Shown in pieces: positions 42,071 through 52,937 of a stretch of 64,000 nucleotides of DNA. Positions within the stretch are counted from its first letter, which is position 1. Each line of letters begins with the position of its first letter. The DNA lies in NCBI GenBank assembly GCA_002245135.1, contig NGBS01000297.1, positions 186,001 to 250,000 on the forward strand. The letters run 5' to 3'. The notes below the pieces were generated by a model. The model ran no database searches and had not been told where the DNA came from. It worked only from the letters and a program-made list of their open reading frames with translations. The DNA is from Proteromonas lacertae. Lineage: Eukaryota. The translations under genes and the position numbers were made by a program.

Positions 42071-44095
42071 ATGAAAATGAGAGAAATTCTTTTTTTATTG
42101 TTTTTATTGAATGTATATAGTTTAGATAATTTTAAATTTGATGATTCTGCTGGTTATCAGCCATATAATGTGTTAGAGGAAAGATATAGCCGTGTAGTGA
42201 AAGATATCAACTCAATCTGGTCAGAAACGATGGGAGAGAATTCAATAGCTGTAAAACAAATGGTTGGTCGATCATACATGGGTAAACAAATGTTTAGTGT
42301 CAGTATTGGCAAGTGTATGGATTCTTCTCCTTCAGTATTAATAAGAGTGTGTTTATACTATTATAGACAATATTAACTGGTTTACATCATGCCAGAGAAG
42401 GTCCATCCACATATGTGATTATTGGATTTTTAGAGTATATAAAGGAGATGTTGAGAAATAAGAACGTAACCATTCAAACCTTATTAAAAAGCCGTTGTGT
42501 TGTATCAGTACCAGTAGTTAATCCAGACACTTATGATTTAAATGTTCAAAGTCATCTATCATCAGTATTTATATATTACACTATAATTATTATTATAGAA
42601 AAAGTATGGTGATTCACGTAAAAATCAAAGGCAGACATGTAGTTCTTCCTCTTCATCGTCAAATAATCTAAGAGGAAGTACAAAATATCGTCGTAAATCA
42701 AATAATAACTGTAGAGATCCAGGTGTTGATTTAAATAGGAATTATCCCACTTGTTTTGGTCATGATAGTAAAGGAAGTAGTCAGAAGCCAGGTGCTGAAG
42801 ATTATGAAGGTGCTTATGCATTTTCAGAGCCAGAAACACAAGTAGTGAAGAAAGTAGTTGAAAGTCACCAATTCAAAATTGGAATTAACTTTCATAGTTA
42901 TGGAAGGTATATATAACATTATTTTTTTATTATTAATTATTAGATTAGTAGCAATTCCATTCGCCTGTAAATCAATGGGTTCAAAACTACCAACATCACG
43001 AGATGAAGAATTACTTCAATATATAAGTGGTAATATAGCTAAAATGACTGGATATTCCTATATGAGACCTTGGGAAGATAAATCATTATACCCAGTAAAC
43101 GGTGAAACTAGTGATTGGATGTATGTTGCACATAAAATAATTGCAATGTCAATAGAAGTATATATATATATATATAAAGTATTATATTTTATATTCTAGT
43201 TATCACCATCTTATCCTAATTCTAATGGTTTTTGGCCAACAAGTATTGCTCCAATTGTCCATGAGATGATTAATCCACTAGTATTTGTTATGGAGAATGC
43301 TGGTCCATCTTTTACTATAGAGTTTAGTAACAATAATGTAATGAATATTAGAAATAATGGATTATCTCCCAGTTTTGGTCAACTTACTATAGTATTGTCA
43401 ACTGGAGATAATAATAATGAAGAAATACATAGGATATCTCGTCTTTCAGGTATTCATTATCATTATAATTATTAATATTATATATTTAGCTCATTCTAAA
43501 TCTGATGGTATTACACTAAAATCAAATAATTATAAGAAGATATATATAATTGATTATAACAAAGTATGCACTGTATTTGAGAATAATAATAATAATAATT
43601 ATAAAGTATCTTATATTACACACGATGTTAAATCCTGTGGAAGTAGTAATAATAATGTGAGAGTGGTTGTAGATGGTTCAAATAATAATACTTCAACAAC
43701 AACAACAACAATTCCACCAACAGTATTACCATCATCACCATCTAATAATAATAATAATAAACCAACAACAGCTGTAGTTAATACACAACCACCACCAACA
43801 AAGAAACCATCAATAAGGTATATATATATAGACAGATAGATTTTTATTAATTAATTATTATAGAAGTGATGGTTCTGCTTTATATGCTGTGATATTTTTA
43901 ATTATTATGATAATAATTATCTGGAGATGTGCAGTTGGATTAAGATCAAGTCCAAGTGAATATATTCCTGGTATATTAGTTGTATCTATACACTTTTTTT
44001 GTTCTTTTGATTTATATTCAATATATCTATCTCTTTATTACTATTATTGTTGATTTATTATCTATTTATTATGTATAGTTGCTAGTAATGGGTGA
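42071..44095 (+). CDS. Membrane-anchored M14 zinc carboxypeptidase
   Basis: Signal peptide; HHARE, VNPD, GVDLNRNY, AFSEPET, NFHSYG, NGETSDW; Thr/Pro/Asn stalk and C-terminal TM helix. Confidence 0.88.
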
Positions 44096-44244
44096 TTTAT
44101 ATCTTTTTTCCTCTGCTAATTTATATGGTTAATATTTTATATGTTTGTATGATATTTTTAATCATTTTTAATAACAGTATAAAATAGAGTGATTTTTTTT
44201 GTTTTTTAAAATAAATTCGTTTCTAATTCTTTTTAATTTTTTGT

Positions 44245-45546
44245 ATGAGTTGTATCTTTGATTTAAAAACTCTTGATTACTCAATCAAGAGAGATTCCGA
44301 AAGAGACTTGAAAGAGGGTATATGTTATGTTTGTAAAAGACTTATCCCAGAGTGGTATAAATATTTCTTAATCTTCTAGGCAAAACTGCACTCCAGCTGA
44401 TATAGAGTATAAGCCTATCACCGGAGGAATCACAAATATATTATATCATGTGTTTTACGACAATCATGATGTTTTATTGAGAATATTTGGGACAAATACT
44501 GAATATATTATAGATAGACCAAATGAAATAAGTACGAATAGCAATATTTTATTCCTATAGAGACTATTATGCATATCTCTCCTCATCATTTTGCTCCAAA
44601 GCTTTATGGTTGTTTTGGAAATGGTAGATTAGAAGAGTATAGTGTATATTATAACAACCAAATAGATTTTTACCAATGAAACCAATGACTCCAGACCAAA
44701 TGAAAATGGTATAAATATACACATGTTATTCGTATATAGATTGTTCCTACTGATTATGTATCAAGAATTGCAAGAGAAATACAAGGATTACACACACAAA
44801 CTCCACCCTTAAACAGAGATCAGACAATTTGGGATACAATAGAAGATTGGATGAACCAAGCCAAGAAGCTTGATTTTAGTGATATACCAGAAAAGGATGA
44901 GATTTATAAAACAATTGATTTCGATGATTTAATAAAAGAATTTGAATGGTTGGAAAGTAAGCTTCCTTCGAAAATCAATAACTTTGGTAATGATATTTAC
45001 AATACTTTAAGTCCATTTTCAGCACAAGCATTTAGTTTTGCTTCTACAATAGTGTTGTGTCATAATGATTTATTAGCAGCTAATTTAATGTATAGTGACT
45101 ATGATGAAAGAATCAGAATAATAGATTATGAATATAGTTCATATAATTACAGAGCCTATGACTTTGGAAATCATTTTAATGAATATGCTGGTTTTGATGG
45201 TGATTTTGCTAAAAATTATCCGTCTGTAGAGGTGCAAAAACATTTCTATCGAGCTTATATTGAAGCTTGTATAGATCAATCTGTACTTCAACCATTCGAA
45301 GACGAAGAGAAAGTATATATATCATATATTATTGTTACTTATTATTATTTATAGCTTGAGGAGTTCTTAGATGCTTTGGTAATTGAAGTGAATCTTTATT
45401 CTCTTCTTTCGCACTTCTATTGGGGAATATGGGCTTTTATACAAGCTAAATATTCTCCCATAGACTTTAATTTTATGAATTATGCTGTATTGAGATTAGA
45501 TGGATATAGGTATTTTAAAACTGTGTTTGATACTGATAGAAAATAG
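44245..45546 (+). CDS. Choline/ethanolamine kinase
   Basis: GGITN, LRIFG, FGNGRLEE, CHNDLLAAN, IIDYEYSSYNYRAYDFGNHFNEY, SHFYWGIWA. Confidence 0.93.
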
Positions 45547-46100
45547 ATTAATTGTTAAATTTAACCTTGTTAGTATTATATAAGTTAATCTTGTTGTTTG
45601 GTTTTCTTTAATTTCAAAGATATATTTTAGTGTAAATTCATACTAAAGTTTATGAGAGAAATAAATATCTGTAGATTTTACATATTATTTTTTTACATGA
45701 TATTACTATTGAAACAAGTAACACAATAAGATATTATAGAGAAAGTATAAGCTTTTAATGAAGATTCATTTTTTATAAAGAATATAACAGTTTTTTAATC
45801 ACTGTTACGGTTCTGTATTATATAGTTATATTGTAAAAGTTGTGCAAATATATATTAGAACGGATAATTAAAATGGAGTAATTATACTTTCATTTTTTTA
45901 GACATCAGAATCACTATTACTAATTGTAATACATCATGGAACATAATAAAATATCAATAAACAAAACAGTTGCTTTAAAATGGAGCAGTGAAAATTAAAA
46001 GTCGAATTTTAGGAAGTGTAATAATGTTCAGTGATTATATTTACAAAAAAGCTACAAGGTAAATTAGTTTTAGCTTTTGATATTTATCAAATAAAATATC

Positions 46101-46111
46101 AAGCCAAGCTT
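46101..46111 (+). promoter_or_regulatory. Candidate core-promoter motif AAGCCAAGCTT
   Basis: Related motif lies within ~8-35 nt of ATGs at 13007, 18084, 23797, 46138, 48494 and 50754. Confidence 0.5.
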
Positions 46112-46137
46112 ATATCAAATTTATTAATAAAAAAATA

Positions 46138-48084
46138 ATGAGTAATAGTGTAATTATTGGTATAGATTTTGGTACCACTAAAAGTTGTGTATTTATGATG
46201 ATTGATGATAAAGTATCAAAATTGAGTATTGATGGATATTGGACAATTCCATCTGTTGTTGGCTTTAAACCGAATGGAGAAGTACTGATAGGACTAAAAG
46301 CTGTAGCTGGTAATATTAAGGAGAATACTACAATAAATTCTGTTAAACGTCTAATTGGACGTAATGTGGAAGAGAAGTGTATAAAAGATGATATAAACTA
46401 TTTGAGTTATGCAATAGAAGCAGGTGAAAATAATTGTGTAGTTATACCTGTCACTATTAAAGGTGAAACAAAATTATACAAACCTGAACAAATTTCAGCA
46501 AAGATATTCGAATACATACGTGACTATATTGAACAAAAGTCAGGCAGCATAGGTATTAAATGTAGTGCAGTAATAACTGTTCCAGCCTATTACAATGATA
46601 GACAAAGAAGAGCAACAATTGAAGCTGGAAAGTTAGCTGGATTGAATGTGTTAAGAGTTATTAATGAACCTACTGCAGCAGCTATTGCATATGGAGATCA
46701 ATACTTACAAGATGAAAGTAAGAAAGATAGGAAAAGAATAATTTTAGTATATGATTTTGGAGGTGGAACATTTGATGTTTCAATAATTGAAGTTGGAAAT
46801 AATGAAATAAATGTAATAGCAACAGGAGGAGATGATCATTTAGGAGGTGAAGATATAACAAACAATCTGTTAAAATATTATATGAATAAGTTAAAAGAAG
46901 AAAGTGGTATTGATATATCAAACGACAATAAAAAGGTAATGAGATTGAAAAAAGCATGTGAAGAAGCAAAGAAGAATTTATCTGAAATGAATGAAACTGA
47001 ATTATCTTGTGAATTTTTAGAAGAAAATGATATCGATTGTAATTTAAATAGATCTAAATTAATAGAAATAAATCGAGATATATTTAATAGAACTATTAAT
47101 ATTGTGAAAGATACAATAGAAATACTTAAACATACCAAAGATGGTACAGTAGATGATATAGTCTTAATTGGTGGAAGTAGTAGAATACCTGAAGTAGAAA
47201 GATTATTGCATAGTGAATTTCCTAAAGTGAATATCAATAAAGATATAAATCCAGATGAAGCAGTAGCAATGGGAGCTTTGTTATATGGAACAAAGATTAA
47301 TAATTCAATTGCAGATAGAGGAAGTATAACTCCACTTTCACCAACACCAGCGGATGATGATGATGAGTATTATTTGATTCAGAGATCATGTCGTTCACCA
47401 CCTTCATCAAAACCACCATTTATAAAGAATGATGAATATAAAGTCAATGAATCTAAAATTGATGAATATAAAATTGATTCATATACACCACTTCCATTGC
47501 CACTTCCAGAAAGTGAAGGTCCAGACAAACCATCTCCTAATCCAACCAATCCATCTCCATGTCCAGGCAATCCACCACCAATAGTAATGAATAGTAGTAC
47601 AAAAACAATAACTAAGTCTGAATCAACAAGTTCTATAGATTACTCTCCTCTAACATCTTCTGCTAAATCTGAGAGTGAAAGTTTACAGTGTAGTATGTAT
47701 GAGAATAATAGTTTATCACATAATTTAATAGTAAATGATGTATTAACCCATGGTATAGGTAAAACAACTCACAATAAGAAAGGAGAAAAGTATGTAGATA
47801 TTTTAATACCAAAGAATACTGCCATACCTTATTTCAAGTCTGCTACTTATTCAACAAAGAAAGATGATCAAACTGAAATGGAATTTAGTTATTGCGAAGG
47901 TGATTCTAGTGATATTAGTGAATGTAAAAGAGTAAAAAAGATTCATATCAAAAATATTCCAAAAATGAAAAAAGGGGAAATAAAATTTGTTCATACAATT
48001 AATATTGATAAAAATGGATTAATAACAATAACCATAGAAGACACAAAACATTATTTTGAAAAAATTGTTATACCAATAAACTGA
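46138..48084 (+). CDS. Atypical intronless Hsp70: intact NBD, Pro/Ser-rich spacer, SBD-beta only (no lid)
   Basis: [47 protein letters not shown]; ~140-aa spacer; [27 protein letters not shown], then stop. Confidence 0.9.
   Translation: MSNSVIIGIDFGTTKSCVFMMIDDKVSKLSIDGYWTIPSVVGFKPNGEVLIGLKAVAGNIKENTTINSVKRLIGRNVEEKCIKDDINYLSYAIEAGENNCVVIPVTIKGETKLYKPEQISAKIFEYIRDYIEQKSGSIGIKCSAVITVPAYYNDRQRRATIEAGKLAGLNVLRVINEPTAAAIAYGDQYLQDESKKDRKRIILVYDFGGGTFDVSIIEVGNNEINVIATGGDDHLGGEDITNNLLKYYMNKLKEESGIDISNDNKKVMRLKKACEEAKKNLSEMNETELSCEFLEENDIDCNLNRSKLIEINRDIFNRTINIVKDTIEILKHTKDGTVDDIVLIGGSSRIPEVERLLHSEFPKVNINKDINPDEAVAMGALLYGTKINNSIADRGSITPLSPTPADDDDEYYLIQRSCRSPPSSKPPFIKNDEYKVNESKIDEYKIDSYTPLPLPLPESEGPDKPSPNPTNPSPCPGNPPPIVMNSSTKTITKSESTSSIDYSPLTSSAKSESESLQCSMYENNSLSHNLIVNDVLTHGIGKTTHNKKGEKYVDILIPKNTAIPYFKSATYSTKKDDQTEMEFSYCEGDSSDISECKRVKKIHIKNIPKMKKGEIKFVHTINIDKNGLITITIEDTKHYFEKIVIPIN
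46594..46999. repeat. Identical 406-bp Hsp70 core block (copy at 48959-49364)
   Basis: Exact match at offset 2365; the antisense ORFs 46682-46969 and 49047-49334 translate identically. Confidence 0.95.
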
Positions 48085-48493
48085 GATTAAATATTATTTG
48101 ATTTGTAACTTATATTTTATGTAGAGAATATTTTAATTATGAGTTTGGTAATGTTATCTTGGGTATAATTATACAATTGACTATTTTTATAGTACAAAAA
48201 AGCATGTTTACATTAATTATACACTTTAAATATGAGTATAGTTTAAATTATGCAAATATTAGCGTTGGTAATAAACAGTTTCAACCACTTTTCAAAGATC
48301 ATTATTGTTTATTTAGCTAAATACTTCAGGTTTATATATTACCCTTATTTTCTAATTTATACGAATATGAGTGTTACGTAGAATGGTATTAATTCTAATA
48401 TAAAATTAATTTACAATAAACTAAGTGAAATATTCTCATTTTATAAATTACGAGCCAAGTTTTTTTAATTTTTACTTTTTATGTTTGTGTAAG

Positions 48494-50650
48494 ATGAGTG
48501 AGTTATTTACATGTGGTATTGATCTAGGTACAACTTTTTGTTGTTTTGCATATGAAAGAGAGGGACATCCAGTGGTTTTGCCTTATAGAATAGGAGATAG
48601 GACATTACCTTCATATGTATGTTTTAAATCTGATGAAGAAGTGAATATAGGTGATTCAGCAAAAAATAATCTGCATAATTTTCTGAAAAGGACAGTGTAT
48701 GATGTAAAGAGATTAATAGGTAAAAAAATAGATGATCCAGGAGTTCAAGAAGATAGAACACATTGGGCATTTGAAGTTGATGGAGATGATGATAGAAATG
48801 CGGTTATTAATATTACTATAAATGGTAAAACCACAAAATATACACCTCAGCAGATTTCTTCATTTTTGTTGAAACATATGAGTGAAGAAGCAGAAACTTC
48901 TATTCCTCTAAAAAAAGATCAAATAAGATATACAATAATAACAGTCCCTGCTTATTTTAATGATAGACAAAGAAGAGCAACAATTGAAGCTGGAAAGTTA
49001 GCTGGATTGAATGTGTTAAGAGTTATTAATGAACCTACTGCAGCAGCTATTGCATATGGAGATCAATACTTACAAGATGAAAGTAAGAAAGATAGGAAAA
49101 GAATAATTTTAGTATATGATTTTGGAGGTGGAACATTTGATGTTTCAATAATTGAAGTTGGAAATAATGAAATAAATGTAATAGCAACAGGAGGAGATGA
49201 TCATTTAGGAGGTGAAGATATAACAAACAATCTGTTAAAATATTATATGAATAAGTTAAAAGAAGAAAGTGGTATTGATATATCAAACGACAATAAAAAG
49301 GTAATGAGATTGAAAAAAGCATGTGAAGAAGCAAAGAAGAATTTATCTGAAATGAATGAAACTGTTCTAATGTATGATTTGTTGGAGGATAATGATATTG
49401 ATACTAATTTTACTAAATCAAAATTAATAGAAATAAATCGAGATATTTTTGATAAAACGATTAATATTATGAAAGACACTATAAAAGAAGGAAAATTATC
49501 TAAAGAATTAATCAATGATATAGTGTTAGTTGGTGGAAGTAGTAGAATACCTGAAGTAGAAAGATTATTGCATAGTGAATTTCCTGAAGTAAAAATAAAT
49601 AGAGATATAAATCCAGATGAAGCAGTAGCAATGGGAGCATCAATATTAGCAGCTGATATATGTAGAGGAGCTGTAGAAAAACATTTTGACAATGGCTCAT
49701 TTGCTTTAGTTGATGAAGATAACAATTTGATAAGTGTTATTAATGATATTCCTCCTCCACCATCTGCTTTAAATACTACACATAGATCAACTATGAAAAG
49801 GATTGTTGCAAATGATTCTAAAAAAGAAAGTGAAGAATTAATGTCACCTGAAGTATCACCAACAGAATCTCCTCCTCAATCTCCTCCTGCAGTACTACCT
49901 CCACCTCCACCTCCACCTCCACCTCCACAATTGAATGATAATCTTCATCTTCATTTACCTATAGAAATAGATGAAAGACCAGAAGCACCTACTTCTCCAG
50001 AAGATACTTCTGAAGAATATTTGCCTATAGCAACACAATTACCAATTATAAATAATACTATTAAAGAGACATTTCCTCTTGAATTGCCAAAATACATAAA
50101 TAATGCAAAGCCAAAGAGAGTAATTAGTACAATTCCATCACATACACCACCACCAACAAATCATGTAAAGAAGATTAAATCTCCCTTCACAACACCTTCT
50201 CCACAAATTAAAAACAAAAAGAATATAATAAAACCCAGTAATAAATATAGTAGTGGTAATAGAAAACCAAAATCAACTCATAATCATATCAAAATTAATG
50301 ATGTTTTATCTCATGGAATTTGTAAAAGTACTTACAGAGAAGAAAAGAAAGTATTAGAGACAATAGTTAGAAAAAATACAAAATTGCCTTGTACTAGGAC
50401 ATCAAGAGCTTATCATACTACCAAAGACAACCAAAAGTTTATCAAATTCGGTTATTATGAAAGTGATGATTGTGTTCTTGAAACAGCAAACAAAATAAGG
50501 CAATGTAGAATTGATAGAATACCTCCTCATAGAGTAGGGGAAGTTGGATTTATTCATGAGCTTAGTGTTGATGAGAATCAAATTATAAATGTAAGGATAT
50601 ATGAGGAATCACATAAAATGCCAGATATAACAATGACGATTGTTAAATAA
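48494..50650 (+). CDS. Atypical intronless Hsp70 paralogue: NBD, polyproline spacer, SBD-beta only
   Basis: ATG 48494 MSELFTCGIDLGTT; same NBD motifs; ~200-aa Pro-rich spacer; IVRKNTKLP..TTKDNQ..VDENQIINV, then stop. Confidence 0.9.
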   Translation: MSELFTCGIDLGTTFCCFAYEREGHPVVLPYRIGDRTLPSYVCFKSDEEVNIGDSAKNNLHNFLKRTVYDVKRLIGKKIDDPGVQEDRTHWAFEVDGDDDRNAVINITINGKTTKYTPQQISSFLLKHMSEEAETSIPLKKDQIRYTIITVPAYFNDRQRRATIEAGKLAGLNVLRVINEPTAAAIAYGDQYLQDESKKDRKRIILVYDFGGGTFDVSIIEVGNNEINVIATGGDDHLGGEDITNNLLKYYMNKLKEESGIDISNDNKKVMRLKKACEEAKKNLSEMNETVLMYDLLEDNDIDTNFTKSKLIEINRDIFDKTINIMKDTIKEGKLSKELINDIVLVGGSSRIPEVERLLHSEFPEVKINRDINPDEAVAMGASILAADICRGAVEKHFDNGSFALVDEDNNLISVINDIPPPPSALNTTHRSTMKRIVANDSKKESEELMSPEVSPTESPPQSPPAVLPPPPPPPPPPQLNDNLHLHLPIEIDERPEAPTSPEDTSEEYLPIATQLPIINNTIKETFPLELPKYINNAKPKRVISTIPSHTPPPTNHVKKIKSPFTTPSPQIKNKKNIIKPSNKYSSGNRKPKSTHNHIKINDVLSHGICKSTYREEKKVLETIVRKNTKLPCTRTSRAYHTTKDNQKFIKFGYYESDDCVLETANKIRQCRIDRIPPHRVGEVGFIHELSVDENQIINVRIYEESHKMPDITMTIVK

Positions 50651-50753
50651 TTTATACATTTATTCATCTATTTTGATAAAAATGATTTTATACAACCTTA
50701 AACACTCAAAAAACACTTTTAAATAAACTTGGCTTGATTTATCAAAATTGAAA

Positions 50754-51435
50754 ATGACTAATACCAAAGGCTATGTAACAGTACCAATCAAAGATATTCC
50801 ATCGCCATCACCAACTACAGAATCTGCAGAGGAAACAGGATGTATCAAGAGTATAGATGAAGTAGATGTCAATTGCAGTAGTCACGTTTATAAGTAAGTT
50901 TGTTTTTGTTTAAAATGATAGATTCAACTCGACTATAGTTGATTGTATATTGATCATTCCAACTATGCTGTTTGGGACAAGAGGAGTTCCATTTTTAATT
51001 ATTTATGTACTTCTATCTTATAATCAATATTTATCACTCATATATATCTGTTCGATGTATTATTTAAGCTTATATTTTATTTAATACAGATTAACAACAG
51101 TAGCTACTACTGAGACAATTAAAAAAGTAACAAAACGTCGAAGACCAGATCCACAGTTATTGACACATCGTATATGGAATGTAAGAGGACTGTTGGATAA
51201 TTTTGCTTTTCCTTCAGGAGATAGTGCTCAAGCTGCTGTATTTGCTGTATTTATTTCCATTGTTCGCAAAAATGTTATTTATTCAATTGTAATTCCACCA
51301 TTTGCAATGCTTGGTAGAGTTTACTTCGGCTGTCATTATTTTGGTGATACTGTTATTGGAGCCCTTATTGGAGGATCTTATACATGCTTAAATTTCTATT
51401 TATATTATACAGTATTCAATGGAAAGAATTTATAA
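50754..51435 (+). CDS. PAP2-family (lipid phosphate phosphatase-like) membrane protein
   Basis: Spliced motifs KKVTKRRRP (C1), FPSGDS (C2), GRVYFGCHYFGD (C3). Confidence 0.85.
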
Positions 51436-51523
51436 ATTGTAAAGTATGTTCATTTTGTTCATTATAAATAATAAGTAAAGCATAAATCTTAAAAAATAAA
51501 TTAAACTTATTATTTTGAGAGAT

Positions 51524-52852
51524 TTACAATTTTTGTTTTGTATTAACAAATTTATATTCTTTTAATACACCACTCTCCTTAATTACAGTATAAATATCAT
51601 TAGAGACACTATTATAATCATTTACTCCTTCATCAATGTGATTTAATTCATCACTTTGAAGAAATAGTATATTTTTATCAATCAATGTCTTGAGCTTATT
51701 TTCATTATTGCTTATTGATTGTTTTATGATAATATCTTTCATTTCTTTATCAATTTCATCTTTTAGTTCTTTGAATTTATCTTTATATTGTTCTATCTTT
51801 AATTTATAATGTGACTGATAATTACTTATAGATAAATCAATTTTATCAATCACAGAGTAAATATTTGAAACTGATTTATTTGTTTCTTTGCATTTTGTTT
51901 TGACTATTTTTTCACACCAATTCCAATAGTCTTTTTCAATTGCATTACTATATATTAATTCGTTAAAATAATTCTTACTATATACAATATATAGACATAT
52001 ATATATTTATACACTACTTTTAAACTATTCTCTAATTCATTTATCATTACATTGTTATATAATAACAATATATAATTAATATTACTATTCTTTACTCCTT
52101 TGTTTTTGATTCTATCATAACAAAGTATTTCATTTTCTATTGATGTAATTTCGTTATTCATTGTATATATTTCTTTAATTTTGAAATTAATTTGTGTAAT
52201 GAGAGAATTAACATATTCTAATGTTGTGCATAACTATTTTAATTTAATAACAATAACAATACATTCTGTTTGGGTAATTTTATTTGTGATTCTAATTTAT
52301 TAACTATTGATTTCATTGATAATATTACACTTCGTGGATATATATCCAATCTCTAATATGTATAGAAGCAAATAATTCATACATTTGTGAGTATGGATTT
52401 GATAATGATAAAATCATTCTTTAGTTTCTATATTTAATAGAATAACTGTATTAATACTTCGGATTTATATTCTTTATACAAATGAAATATATCTATTTCA
52501 TTCAATAACCAATTTAAAAGAACAAAATCGTCCAGAGTGCTTGTACTTTCAGAAATCCAGTCAATTTCAGTCAGATAATTCCAATTAGTTAAATACATTT
52601 GTATACTATTCTGTAGATCTTTTAATGATAATTCTAGTTTTATTGATGTATCTCTAGTAATTTTTGAAACAATTATTAAAACAGCTTTCTTCAATGTATT
52701 TTTCTTAATATAAAAATAAGAAATGATACTGAATCTGGCAAATTTGCACTTCCTTGTCTGATAAATTCCGAAGATAAACCACAATCGAATATTTCATTTG
52801 TAATTTTAGCTACAAATCTCAATATTTCACTAATAGATTGTTTTTGAGACAT
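51524..52852 (-). CDS. Coiled-coil protein, possibly a divergent TEDC1 (tubulin epsilon/delta complex protein 1)
   Basis: ATG 52852 MSQKQSISEILRF; SEFIRQ, YLTNWNY, VLLNWLL and later YWNWCE loosely parallel TEDC1 motifs as recalled. The gene is well supported; the family call is weak. Confidence 0.4.
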
Positions 52853-52911
52853 TAAAACAATCCCAAAACAACAGAAATGAAATGTTATAAAAATTCAAAT
52901 CTAATTTGCAT

Positions 52912-52931
52912 AACCGTTTTTTTAAACGGTT
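52912..52931. promoter_or_regulatory. Inverted repeat AACCGTTT-N4-AAACGGTT in an 85-bp divergent promoter
   Basis: Perfect 8-bp arms between the ATGs at 52852 (-) and 52938 (+). Confidence 0.45.
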
Positions 52932-52937
52932 TAAAAA

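Noticed and set aside
45547..46137. RNA gene in the longest intergenic gaps (also 48085-48493)
   Set aside because: No tRNA cloverleaf, rRNA or snRNA features recognisable by eye; a covariance-model search would be needed to exclude one.
48425..48493. N-terminal extension or signal peptide on the second Hsp70
   Set aside because: The ORF track starts at GTG; the first in-frame ATG is 48494, matching the paralogue's start, and the upstream stretch holds the candidate promoter motif.
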